From: Isurus oxyrinchus
Taxonomy: Eukaryota
Length of the DNA: 64,000 nt
Direction of reading: 5' to 3'
Assembly (NCBI GenBank): GCA_026770705.1
Contig: JANJGN010000163.1
Location: forward strand, 372,001 to 436,000
Shown here piece after piece: positions 25,901 through 40,900 of the stretch. The translations under genes were made by a program, and so were the position numbers. The notes below the pieces were generated by a model that saw only the letters and a list, made by a program, of their open reading frames with translations, was not told where the DNA came from and ran no database searches. How positions within the stretch are numbered: position 1 is the stretch's first letter; each line of letters begins with the position of its first letter.

Positions 25901-28900
25901 ATCAGACTTGGGATGTCAACCTGGAATTGACAATCTAATTAGATATCAGACTTGGGATGTCAACCTGGAATTGACAATCTAATTAGATATCAGACTTGGG
26001 ATGTCAACTTGGAATTGACAATCTAATTAGATATCAGACTTGGCATGTCAACCTGGAATTGACAATCTAATTAGAAATCAGACTTGGGATGTCAACTTGG
26101 AATTGACAATCTAATTAGATATCAGACTTGGGATGTCAACCTGGAATTGACAATCTAATTAGATATCAGACTTGGGATGTCAACTTGGAATTGACAATCT
26201 AATTAGATATCAGACTTGGGATGTCAACCTGGAATTGACAATCTAATTAGATATCAGACTTGGGATGTCAACTTGGAATTGACAATCTAATTAGATATCA
26301 CACTTGGGATGTCAACCTGGATTTGACAATCTAATTAGATATCAGACTTGGGATGTCAACTTGGAATTGACAATCTAATTAGATATCAGACTTGGGATGT
26401 CAACCTGGAATTGACAATCTAATTAGAAATCAGACTTGGGATGTCGACTTGGAATTGACAATCTAATTAGATATCAGACTTGGGATGTCAATCTGGAATT
26501 GACAATCTAATTAGATATCAGACTTGGGATGTCAACCTGCTATTGACATTCTAATTAGATATCAGACTTGGGATGTCAACTTGGAATTGACAATCTAATT
26601 AGATATCAAACTTGGGATGTCAACCTGGAATTGACAATCTAATTAGATATCAAACTTGGGATGTCAACTTGGAATTGACAATCTAATTAGATATCAGACT
26701 TGGGATGTCAACCTGGAATTGACAATCTAATTAGATATCAAAATTGGGATGTCAACTTAGAATTGACAATCTAATTAGATATCAGACTTGGGATGTCAAC
26801 CTGGAATTGACAATCTAATTAGATATCACACTTGGGATATCAACCTGGAATTGACAATCTAATTAGATATCAGACTTGGGATGTCAACCTGGAATTGACA
26901 ATCTAATGAGATATCAGACTTGGGATGTCAACCTGGAATTGACAATCTCATTAGATACCAGACTTGGGATGTCAACCTGGAATTGACAATCTAATTAGAT
27001 ATCAAACTTGGGATGTCAACCTGGAATTGACAATCTAATTAGATATCAGACTTGGGATGTCAACCTGGAATTGACAATCTAATTAGATATCACACTTTGG
27101 ATGTCAACCTGGATTTGACAATCTAATTAGATATCAGACTTGGGATGTCAACCTGGAATTGACAATCTAATTAGATATCAGACTTGGGATGTCAACCTGG
27201 AATTGACAATCTCATTAGATATCAGACTTGGGATGTCAACCTGGAATTGACAATCTAATTAGATATCAGACTTGGGATGTCAACTTGGAATTGACAATCT
27301 AATTAGATATCAAACTTGGGATGTCAACCTGGAATTGACAATCTAATTAGATATCAGACTTGGGATGTCAATCTGGAATTGACAATCTAATTAGATATCA
27401 GACTTGGGGTGTCAACTTGGAATTGACAATCTAATTAGATATCAAACTTGGGATGTCAACCTGGAATTGACAATCTAATTCGATATCAAACTTGGGATGT
27501 CAACTTGGAATTGACAATCTAATTAGATATCAAACTTGGGATGTCAACCTTGAATTGACAATCTAATTAGATATCAAACTTGGGATGTCAACCTGGAATT
27601 GACAATCTAATTAGATATCAGACTTGGGATGTCAACCTGGAATTGACAATCTAATTAGATATCAAAATTGGGATGTCAACCTAGAATTGACAATCTAATT
27701 AGATATCAGACTTGGGATGTCAACCTGGAATTGACAATCTAATTAGATATCACACTTGGGATGTCAACCTGGAATTGACAATCTAATTAGATATCAGACT
27801 TGGGGTGTCAACTTGGAATTGACAATCTAATTAGATATCAAACTTGGGATGTCAACCTGGAATTGACAATCTAATTCGATATCAAACTTGGGATGTCAAC
27901 TTGGAATTGACAATCTAATTAGATATCAAACTTGGGATGTCAACCTTGAATTGACAATCTAATTAGATATCAAACTTGGGATGTCAACCTGGAATTGACA
28001 ATCTAATTAGATATCAGACTTGGGATGTCAACCTGGAATTGACAATCTAATTAGATATCAAAATTGGGATGTCAACCTAGAATTGACAATCTAATTAGAT
28101 ATCAGACTTGGGATGTCAACCTGGAATTGACAATCTCATTAGATATCAGACTTGGGATGTCAACCTGGAATTGACAATCTCATGAGATATCAGACTTGGG
28201 ATGTCAACCTGGAATTGACAATCTAATTAGATATCAGACTTGGGATGTCAACCTGGAATTGACAATCTAATTAGATATCAGACTTGGGATGTCAACTTGG
28301 AATTGACAATCTAATTAGATATCAGACTTGGCATGTCAACCTGGAATTGACAATCTAATTAGAAATCAGACTTGGGATGTCAACTTGGAATTGACAATCT
28401 AATTAGATATCAGACTTGGGATGTCAACGTGGAATTGACAATCTAATTAGATATCAGACTTGGGATGTCAACTTGGAATTGACAATCTAATTAGATATCA
28501 GACTTGGGATGTCAACCTGGAATTGACAATCTAATTAGATATCAGACTTGGGATGTCAACTTGGAATTGACAATCTAATTAGATATCACACTTTGGATGT
28601 CAACCTGGATTTGACAATATAATTAGATATCAGACTTGGGATGTCAACTTGGAATTGACAATCTAATTAGATATCAGACTTGGGATGTCAACCTGGAATT
28701 GACAATCTAATTAGAAATCAGACTTGGGATGTCGACTTGGAATTGACAATCTAATTAGAAATCAGACTTGGGATGTCAATCTGGAATTGACAATCTAATT
28801 AGATATCAGACTTGGGATGTCAACCTGCTATTGACAATCTAATTAGATATCAGACTTGGGATGTCAACTTGGAATTGACAATCTAATTAGTTATCAAACT

Positions 28901-31900
28901 TGGGATGTCAACCTGGAATTGACAATCTAATTAGATATCAAACTTGGGATGTCAACTTGGAATTGACAATCTAATTAGATATCAGACTTGGGATGTCAAC
29001 CTGGAATTGACAATCTAATTAGATATCAAAATTGGGATGTCAACCTAGAATTGACATTCTAATTAGATATCAGACTTGGGATGTCAACCTGGAATTGACA
29101 ATCTAATTAGATATCACACTTGGGATATCAACCTGGAATTGAAAATCTAATTAGATATCAGACTTGGGATGTCAACCTGGAATTGACAATCTAATTAGAT
29201 ATCAGACTTGGGATGTCAACCTGGAATTGACAATCTCATTAGATATCAGACTTGGGATGTCAACCTGGAATTGACAATCTAATTAGATATCAAACTTGGG
29301 ATGTCAACCTGGAATTGACAATCTAATTAGATATCAGACTTGGGATGTCAACCTGGAATTTTCAATCTAATTAGATATCACACTTGGGATGTCAACCTGG
29401 ATTTGACAATCTAATTAGATATCAGACTTGGGATGTCAACCTGGAATTGACAATCTGATTAGATATCAGACTTGGGATGTCAACCTGGAATTGACAATCT
29501 CATTAGATATCAGACTTGGGATGTCAACCTGGAATTGACAATCTAATTAGATATCAGACTTGGGATGTCAACTTGGAATTGACAATCTAATTAGATATCA
29601 AACTTGGGATGTCAACCTGGAATTGACAATCTAATTAGATATCAGACTTGGGATGTCAATCTGGAATTGACAATCTAATTAGATATCAGACTTGGGGTGT
29701 CAACTTGGAATTGACAATCTAATTAGATATCAGACTTGGGATGTCAACCTGGAATTGACAATCTAATTAGATATCAGACTTGGGATGTCAACCTGGAATT
29801 GACAATCTCATTAGATATCAGACTTGGGATGTCAACCTGGAATTGACAATCTAATTAGATATCAGACTTGGGATGTCAACTTGGAATTGACAATCTAATT
29901 AGATATCAAACTTGGGATGTCAACCTGGAATTGACAATCTAATTAGATATCAGACTTGGGATGTCAATCTGGAATTGACAATCTAATTAGATATCAGACT
30001 TGGGGTGTCAACTTGGAATTGACAATCTAATTAGATATCAAACTTGGGATGTCAACCTGGAATTGACAATCTAATTCGATATCAAACTTGGGATGTCAAC
30101 TTGGAATTGACAATCTAATTAGATATCAAACTTGGGATGTCAACCTTGAATTGACAATCTAATTAGATATCAAACTTGGGATGTCAACCTGGAATTGACA
30201 ATCTAATTAGATATCAGACTTGGGATGTCAACCTGGAATTGACAATCTAATTAGATATCAAAATTGGGATGTCAACCTAGAATTGACAATCTAATTAGAT
30301 ATCAGACTTGGGATGTCAACCTGGAATTGACAATGTAATTAGATATCACTCTTGGGATATCAACCTGGAATTGACAATCTAATTAGATATCAGACTTGGG
30401 ATGTCAACCTGGAATTGACAATCTAATTAGATATCAGACTTGGGATCTCAACCTGGAATTGACAATCTAATTAGAAATCAGACTTGGGATGTCAACTTGG
30501 AATTGACAATCTAATTAGATATCAGACTTGGGATGTCAATGTGGAATTGACAATCTAATTAGATATCAGACTTGGGATGTCAACTTGGAATTGACAATCT
30601 AATTAGATATCAGACTTGGGATGTCAACCTGGAATTGACAATCTAATTAGATATCAGACTTGGGATGTCAACTTGGAATTGACAAACTAATTAGATATCA
30701 CTCCTGGGATGTCAACCTGGATTTGACAATCTAATTAGATATCAGACTTGGGATGTCAACTTGGAATTGACAATCTAATTAGATATCAGACTTGGGATGT
30801 CAACCTGGAATTGACAATCTAATTAGAAATCAGACTTGGGATGTCGACTTGGAATTGACAATCGAATTAGATATCAGACTTGGGATGTCAATCTGGAATT
30901 GACAATCTAATTAGATATCAGACTTGGGATGTCAACCAGCTATTGACAATCTAATTAGATATCAGACTTGGGATGTCAACTTGGAATTGACAATCTAATT
31001 AGATATCAAACTTGGGATGTCAACCTGGAATTGACAATCTAATTAGATATCAAACTTGGGATGTCAACTTGGAATTGACAATCTAATTAGATATCAGACT
31101 TGGGATGTCAACCTGGAATTGACAATCTAATTAGATATCAAAATTGGGATGTCAACCTAGAATTGACAATCTAATTAGATATCAGACTTGGGATGTCAAC
31201 CTGGAATTGACAATCTAATTAGATATCACACTTGGGATATCAACCTGGAATTGACAATCTAATTAGATATCAGACTTGGGATTTCAACCTGGAATTGACA
31301 ATCTAATTAGATATCACACTTGGGATGTCAACCTGGAATTGACAATCTCATTAGATATCAGACTTGGGATGTCAACCTGGAATTGACAATCTAATTAGAT
31401 ATCAGACTTGGGATGTCAACCTGGAATTGACAATCTAATTAGATATCAGACTTGGCATGTCAACCTGGAATTGACAATCTAATTAGAAGTCAGACTTGGG
31501 ATGTCAACTTGGAATTGACAATCTCATTAGATATCAGACTTGGGATGTCAACCTGGAATTGACAATCTAATTAGATATCAGACTTGGGATGTCAATCTGG
31601 AATTGACAATCTAATTAGATATCAGACTTGGGGTGTCAACTTGGAAATGACAATCTAATTAGATATCAGACTTGGGATGTCAACCTGGAATTGACAATCT
31701 AATTAGATATCAGACTTGGGATGTCAACCTGGAATTGACAATCTCATTAGATATCAGACTTGGGATGTCAACCTGGAATTGACAATCTAATTAGATATCT
31801 GACTTGGGATGTCAACTTGGAATTGACAATCTAATTAGATATCAAACTTGGGATGTCAACCTGGAATTGACAATCTAATTAGATATCAGACTTGGGATGT

Positions 31901-34900
31901 CAATCTGGAATTGACAATCTAATTAGATATCAGACTTGGGGTGTCAACTTGGAATTGACAATCTAATTAGATATCAAACTTGGGATGTCAACCTGGAATT
32001 GACAATCTAATTCGATATCAAACTTGGGATGTCAACTTGGAATTGACAATCTAATTAGATATCAAACTTGGGATGTCAACCTTGAATTGACAATCTAATT
32101 AGATATCAAACTTGGGATGTCAACCTGGAATTGACAATCTAATTAGATATCAGACTTGGGATGTCAACCTGGAATTGACAATCTAATTAGATATCAAAAT
32201 TGGGATGTCAACCTAGAATTGACAATCTAATTAGATATCAGACTTGGGATGTCAACCTGGAATTGACAATCTAATTAGATATCACTCTTGGGATATCAAC
32301 CTGGAATTGACAATCTAATTAGATATCAGACTTGGGATGTCAACCTGGAATTGACAATCTAATTAGATATCAGACTTGGGATCTCAACCTGGAATTGACA
32401 ATCTAATTAGAAATCAGACTTGGGATGTCAACTTGGAATTGACAATCTAATTAGATATCAGACTTGGGATGTCAATGTGGAATTGACAATCTAATTAGAT
32501 ATCAGACTTGGGATGTCAACTTGGAATTGACAATCTAATTAGATATCAGACTTGGGATGTCAACCTGGAATTGACAATCTAATTAGATATCAGACTTGGG
32601 ATGTCAACTTGGAATTGACAAACTAATTAGATATCACTCCTGGGATGTCAACCTGGATTTGACAATCTAATTAGATATCAGACTTGGGATGTCAACTTGG
32701 AATTGACAATCTAATTAGATATCAGACTTGGGATGTCAACCTGGAATTGACAATCTAATTAGAAATCAGACTTGGGATGTCGACTTGGAATTGACAATCG
32801 AATTAGATATCAGACTTGGGATGTCAATCTGGAATTGACAATCTAATTAGATATCAGACTTGGGATGTCAACTAGCTATTGACAATCTAATTAGATATCA
32901 GACTTGGGATGTCAACTTGGAATTGACAATCTAATTAGATATCAAACTTGGGATGTCAACCTGGAATTGACAATCTAATTAGATATCAAACTTGGGATGT
33001 CAACTTGGAATTGACAATCTAATTAGATATCAGACTTGGGATGTCAACCTGGAATTGACAATCTAATTAGATATCAAAATTGGGATGTCAACCTAGAATT
33101 GACAATCTAATTAGATATCAGACTTGGGATGTCAACCTGGAATTGACAATCTAATTAGATATCACACTTGGGATATCAACCTGGAATTGACAATCTAATT
33201 AGATATCAGACTTGGGATTTCAACCTGGAATTGACAATCTAATTAGATATCAGACTTGGGATGTCAACCTGGAATTGACAATCTCATTAGATATCAGACT
33301 TGGGATGTCAACCTGGAATTGACAATCTAATTAGATATCAGACTTGGGATGTCAACCTGGAATTGACAATCTAATTAGATATCAGACTTGGCATGTCAAC
33401 CTGGAATTGACAATTTAATTAGAAGTCAGACTTGGGATGTCAACTTGGAATTGACAATCTCATTAGATATCAGACTTGGGATGTCAACCTGGAATTGACA
33501 ATCTAATTAGATATCAGACTTGGGATGTCAACTTGGAAGTGACAATCTAATTAGATATCAGACTTGGGATGTCAACCTGGAATTGACAATCTAATTAGAT
33601 ATCAGACTTGGGATGTCAACTTGGAATTGACAATCTAATTAGATATCACACTTGGGATGTCAACCTGGATTTGACAATCTAATTAGATATCAGACTTGGG
33701 ATGTCAACCTGGAATTGACAATCTAATTAGATATCAGACTTGGGATGTCAACCTGGAATTGACAATCTCATTAGATATCAGACTTGGGATGTCAACCTGG
33801 AATTGACAATCTAATTAGAAATCAGACTTGGGATGTCGACTTGGAATTGACAATCTAATTAGATATCAGACTTGGGATGTCAATCTGGAATTGACAATCT
33901 AATTAGATATCAGACTTGGGATGTCAACCTGCTATTGAAAATCTAATTAGATATCAGACTTGGGATGTCAACTTGGAATTGACAATCTAATTAGATATCA
34001 AACTTGGGATGTCAACCTGGAATTGACAATCTAATTAGATATCAAACTTGGGATGTCAACTTGGAATTGACAATCTAATTAGATATCAGACTTGGGATGT
34101 CAACCTAGAATTGACAATCTAATTAGATATCACACTTGGGATGTCAACCTGGATTTGACAATCTAATTAGATATCAGACTTGGGATGTCAACTTGGAATT
34201 GACAATCTAATTAGATATCACACTTGGGATGTCAACCTGGATTTGACAATCTAATTAGATATCAGACTTGGGATGTCAACCTGGAATTGACAATCTAATG
34301 AGATATCAAACTTGGGATGTCAACCTGGAATTGACAATCTAATTAAATATCAGACTTGGGATGTTAACCTGGAATTGACAATATAATTAGATATCACACT
34401 TGGGATGTCAACCTGGATTTGACAATCTAATTAGATATCAGACTTGGGATGTCAACCTGGAATTGACAATCTAATTAGATATCAGACTTGGGATGTCAAC
34501 CTGGAATTGACAATCTCATTAGATATCAGACTTGGGATGTCAACCTGGAATTGACAATCTAATTAGATATCAGACTTGGGATGTCAACTTGGAATTGACA
34601 ATCTAATTAGATATCAAACTTGGGATGTCAACCTGGAAATGACAATCTAATTAGATATCAGACTTGGGATGTCAATCTGGAATTGACAATCTAATTAGAT
34701 ATCAGACTTGGGGTGTCAACTTGGAATTGACAATCTAATTAGATATCAAACTTGGGATGTCAACCTGGAATTGACAATCTAATTAGATATCAAACTTGGG
34801 ATGTCAACTTGGAATTGACAATCTAATTGGATATCAAACTTGGGCTGTCAACCTGGAATTGACAATCTAATTAGATATCAAACTTGGGATGTCAACCTGG

Positions 34901-37900
34901 AATTGACAATCTAATTAGATATCAGACTTGGGATGTCAACCTGGAATTGACAATCTAATTAGATATCAAAATTGGGATGTCAACCTAGAATTGACAATCT
35001 AATTAGATATCAGACTTGGGATGTCAACCTGGAATTGACAATCTAATTAGATATCAGACTTGGGATATCAACCAGGAATTGACAATCTAATTAGATATCA
35101 GACTTGGGATGTCAACCTGGAATTGACAATCTAATTAGATATCAGACTTGGGATGTCAACCTGGAATTGACAATCTCATTAGATATCAGACTTGGGATGT
35201 CAACCTGGAATTGACAATCTAATTAGATATCAGACTTGGGATGTCAACCTGGAATTGACAATCTAATTAGATATAAGACTTGGGATGTCAACTTGGAATT
35301 GACAATCTAATTAGATATCAGACTTGGCATGTCAACCTGGAATTGACAATCTAATTAGAAATCAGACTTGGGATGTCAACTTGGAATTGACAATCTAATT
35401 AGATATCAGACTTGGGATGTCAACCTGGAATTGACAATCTAATTAGATATCAGACTTGGGATGTCAACTTGGAATTGACAATCTAATTAGATATCAGACT
35501 TGGGATGTCAACCTGGAATTGACAATCTAATTAGATATCAGACTTGGGATGTCAACTTGGAATTGACAATCTAATTAGATATCACACTTGGGATGTCAAC
35601 CTGGATTTGACAATCTAATTAGATATCAGACTTGGGATGTCAACTTGGAATTGACAATCTAATTAGATATCAGACTTGGGATGTCAACCTGGAATTGACA
35701 ATCTAATTAGAAATCAGACTTGGGATGTCGACTTGGAATTGACAATCTAATTAGATATCAGACTTGGGATGTCAATCTGGAATTGACAATCTAATTAGAT
35801 ATCAGACTTGGGATGTCAACCTGCTATTGACAATCTAATTAGATATCAGACTTGGGATGTCAAGTTGGAATTGACAATCTAATTAGATATCAAACTTGGG
35901 ATGTCAACCTGGAATTGACAATCTAATTAGATATCAAAATTGGGATGTCAACTTGGAATTGACAATCTAATTAGATATCAGACTTGGGATGTCAACCTGG
36001 AATTGACAATCTAATTAGATATCAAACTTGGGATGTCAACCTGGAATTGACAATCTAATTAGATATCAGACTTGGGATGTCAACCTGGAATTGACAATCT
36101 AATTAGATATCAGACTTGGGATGTCAACCTGGAATTGACAATCTAATTAGATATCAAACTTGGGATGTCAACCTAGAATTGACAATCTAATTAGATATCA
36201 GACTTGGGATGTCAACCTAGAATTGACAATCTAATTAGATAACAGACTTGGGATGTCAACCTGGAATTGACAATCTAATTAGATATCACACTTGGGATGT
36301 CAACCTGGATTTGACAATCTAATTAGATATCAGACTTGGGATGTCAACCTGGAATTGACAATCTAATTAGATATCAAACTTGGGATGTCAACCTGGAATT
36401 GACAATCTAATTAGATATCAGACTTGGGATGTCAACCTGGAATTGACAATCTAATTAGATATCAGACTTGGGATTTCAACCTGGAATTGACAATCTAATT
36501 AGATATCAGACTTGGGATGTCAACCTGGAATTGACAATCTCATTAGATATCAGACTTGGGATGTCAACCTGGAATTGACAATCTAATTAGATATCAGACT
36601 TGGGATGTCAACCTGGAATTGACAATCTAATTAGATATCAGACTTGGCATGTCAACCTGGAATTGACAATCTAATTAGAAGTCAGACTTGGGATGTCAAC
36701 TTGGAATTGACAATCTCATTAGATATCAGACTTGGGATGTCAACCTGGAATTGACAATCTAATTAGATATCAGACTTGGGATGTCAACTTGGAAGTGACA
36801 ATCTAATTAGATATCAGACTTGGGATGTCAACCTGGAATTGACAATCTAATTAGATATCAGACTTGGGATGTCAACTTGGAATTGACAATCTAATTAGAT
36901 ATCACACTTGGGATGTCAACCTGGATTTGACAATCTAATTAGATATCAGACTTGGGATGTCAACCTGGAATTGGCAATCTAATTAGATATCAGACTTGGG
37001 ATGTCAACCTGGAATTGACAATCTCATTAGATATCAGACTTGGGATGTCAACCTGGAATTGACAATCTAATTAGAAATCAGACTTGGGATGTCGACTTGG
37101 AATTGACAATCTAATTAGATATCAGACTTGGGATGTCAATCTGGAATTGACAATCTAATTAGATATCAGACTTGGGATGTCAACCTGCTATTGAAAATCT
37201 AATTAGATATCAGACTTGGGATGTCAACTTGGAATTGACAATCTAATTAGATATCAAACTTGGGATGTCAACCTGGAATTGACAATCTAATTAGATATCA
37301 AACTTGGGATGTCAACTTGGAATTGACAATCTAATTAGATATCAGACTTGGGATGTCAACCTAGAATTGACAATCTAATTAGATATCACACTTGGGATGT
37401 CAACCTGGATTTGACAATCTAATTAGATATCAGACTTGGGATGTCAACTTGGAATTGACAATCTAATTAGATATCACACTTGGGATGTCAACCTGGATTT
37501 GACAATCTAATTAGATATCAGACTTGGGATGTCAACCTGGAATTGACAATCTAATTAGATATCAAACTTGGGATGTCAACCTGGAATTGACAATCTAATT
37601 AAATATCAGACTTGGGATGTTAACCTGGAATTGACAATATAATTAGATATCACACTTGGGATGTCAACCTGGATTTGACAATCTAATTAGATATCAGACT
37701 TGGGATGTCAACCTGGAATTGACAATCTAATTAGATATCAGACTTGGGATGTCAACCTGGAATTGACAATCTCATTAGATATCAGACTTGGGATGTCAAC
37801 CTGGAATTGACAATCTAATTAGATATCAGACTTGGGATGTCAACTTGGAATTGACAATCTAATTAGATATCAAACTTGGGATGTCAACCTGGAAATGACA

Positions 37901-40900
37901 ATCTAATTAGATATCAGACTTGGGATGTCAATCTGGAATTGACAATCTAATTAGATATCAGACTTGGGGTGTCAACTTGGAATTGACAATCTAATTAGAT
38001 ATCAAACTTGGGATGTCAACCTGGAATTGACAATCTAATTAGATATCAAACTTGGGATGTCAACTTGGAATTGACAATCTAATTGGATATCAAACTTGGG
38101 CTGTCAACCTGGAATTGACAATCTAATTAGATATCAAACTTGGGATGTCAACCTGGAATTGACAATCTAATTAGATATCAGACTTGGGATGTCAACCTGG
38201 AATTGACAATCTAATTAGATATCAAAATTGGGATGTCAACCTAGAATTGACAATCTAATTAGATATCAGACTTGGGATGTCAACCTGGAATTGACAATCT
38301 AATTAGATATCAGACTTGGGATATCAACCTGGAATTGACAATCTAATTAGATATCAGACTTGGGATGTCAACCTGGAATTGACAATCTAATTAGATAGCA
38401 AACTTGGGATGTCAACCTGGAATTGACAATCTAATTAGATATCAGACTTGGGATGTCAACCTGGAATTGACAATCTAATTAGATATCACACTTGGGATGT
38501 CAACCTGGATTTGACAATCTAATTAGATATCAGACTTGGGATGTCAACCTGGAATTGACAATCTAATTAGATATCAGACTTGGGATGTCAACCTGGAATT
38601 GACAATCTCATTAGATATCAGACTTGGGATGTCAACCTGGAATTGACAATCTAATTAGATATCAGACTTGGGATGTCAACTTGGAATTGACAATCTAATT
38701 AGATATCAAACTTGGGATGTCAACCTGGAATTGACAATCTAATTAGATATCAGACTTGGGATGTCAACCTGGAATTGACAATCTAATTAGATATCAGACT
38801 TGGGGTGTCAACTTGGAATTGACAATCTAATTAGATATCAAACTTGGGATGTCAACCTGGAATTGACAATCTAATTCGATATCAAACTTGGGATGTCAAC
38901 TTGGAATTGACAATCTAATTAGATATCAAACTTGGGATGTCAACCTTGAATTGACAATCTAATTAGATATCAAACTTGGGATGTCAACCTGGAATTGACA
39001 ATCTAATTAGATATCAGACTTGGGATGTCAACCTGGAATTGACAATCTAATTAGATATCAAAATTGGGATGTCAACCTAGAATTGACAATCTAATTCGAT
39101 ATCAGACTTGGGATGTCAACCTGGAATTGACAATCTAATTAGATATCAGACTTGGGATGTCAACCTGGAATTGACAATCTAATTAGATATCAGACTTGGG
39201 ATGTCACCCTGGAATTGACAATCTCATTAGATATCAGACTTGGGATGTCAACCTGGAATTGACAATCTAATTAGATATCAGACTTGGGATGTAAACTTGG
39301 AATTGACAATCTAATTAGATATCAAACTTGGGATGTCAACCTGGAATTGAGAATCTAATTAGATATCAGACTTGGGATGTCAACCTGGAATTGACAATCT
39401 AATTAGATATCAAACTTGGGATGTCAACCTAGAATTGACAATCTAATTAGATATCAGACTTGGGATGTCAACCTAGAATTGACAATCTAATTAGATAACA
39501 GACTTGGGATGTCAACCTGGAATTGACAATCTAATTAGATATCACACTTGGGATGTCAACCTGGATTTGACAATCTAATTAGATATCAGACTTGGGATGT
39601 CAACCTGGAATTGACAATCTAATTAGATATCAAACTTGGGATGTCAACCTGGAATTGACAATCTAATTAGATATCAGACTTGGGATGTCAACCTAGAATT
39701 GACAATCTAATTCGATATCAGACTTGGGATGTCAACCTGGAATTGACAATCTCATTAGATATCAGACTTGGGATGTCAACCTGGAATTGACAATCTAATT
39801 AGATATCAGACTTGGGATGTCACCCTGGAATTGACAATCTCATTAGATATCAGACTTGGGATGTCAACCTGGAATTGACAATCTAATTAGATATCAGACT
39901 TGGGATGTAAACTTGGAATTGACAATCTAATTAGATATCAAACTTGGGATGTCAACCTGGAATTGAGAATCTAATTAGATATCAGACTTGGGATGTCAAT
40001 ATGGAATTGACAATCTAATTAGATATCAGACTTGGGATGTCAACCTGGAATTGACAATCTAATTAGATATCAAACTTGGGATGTCAACCTGGAATTGACA
40101 ATCTAATTAGATATCAGACTTGGGATGTCAACCTGGAATTTACAATCTAATTAGATATCAAACTTGGGATGTCAACCTAGAATTGACAATCTAATTAGAT
40201 ATCATACTTGGGATGTCAACCTGGAATTGACAATCTAATTAGATATGAAACTTGGGATGTCAACCTGGAATTGACAATCTAATTAGATATCAGACTTGGG
40301 ATGTCAACCTGGAATTGACAATCTAATTAGATATCAGACTTGGGATGTCAACCTGGAATTGAGAATCTAATTAGATATCAGACTTGGGATGTCAACCTGG
40401 AATTGACAGTCTAATTAGATATCAGACTTGGGATGTCAACCTGGAATTGACAATCTAATTAGATATCAGACTTGGGATGTCAACCTGGAATTGACAATCT
40501 AATTAGATATCAGACTTGGGATGTCAACCTGGAATTGACAATCTAATTAGATATCAGACTTGGGATGTCAACCTGGAATTGACGATCTAATTAGATATCA
40601 AACTTGGGATGTCAACCTGGAATTGACGATCTAATTAGATATCAGACTTGGGATGTCAACCTGGAATTGACAATCTAATTAGATATCACACTTGGGATGT
40701 CAACCTGGATTTGACAATCTAATTCGATATCAGACTTGGGATGTCAACCTGGAATTGACAATCTCATTAGATATCAGACTTGGGATGTCAACCTGGAATT
40801 GACAATCTAATTAGATATCAGACTTGGGATGTCACCCTGGAATTGACAATCTCATTAGATATCAGACTTGGGATGTCAACCTGGAATTGACAATCTAATT

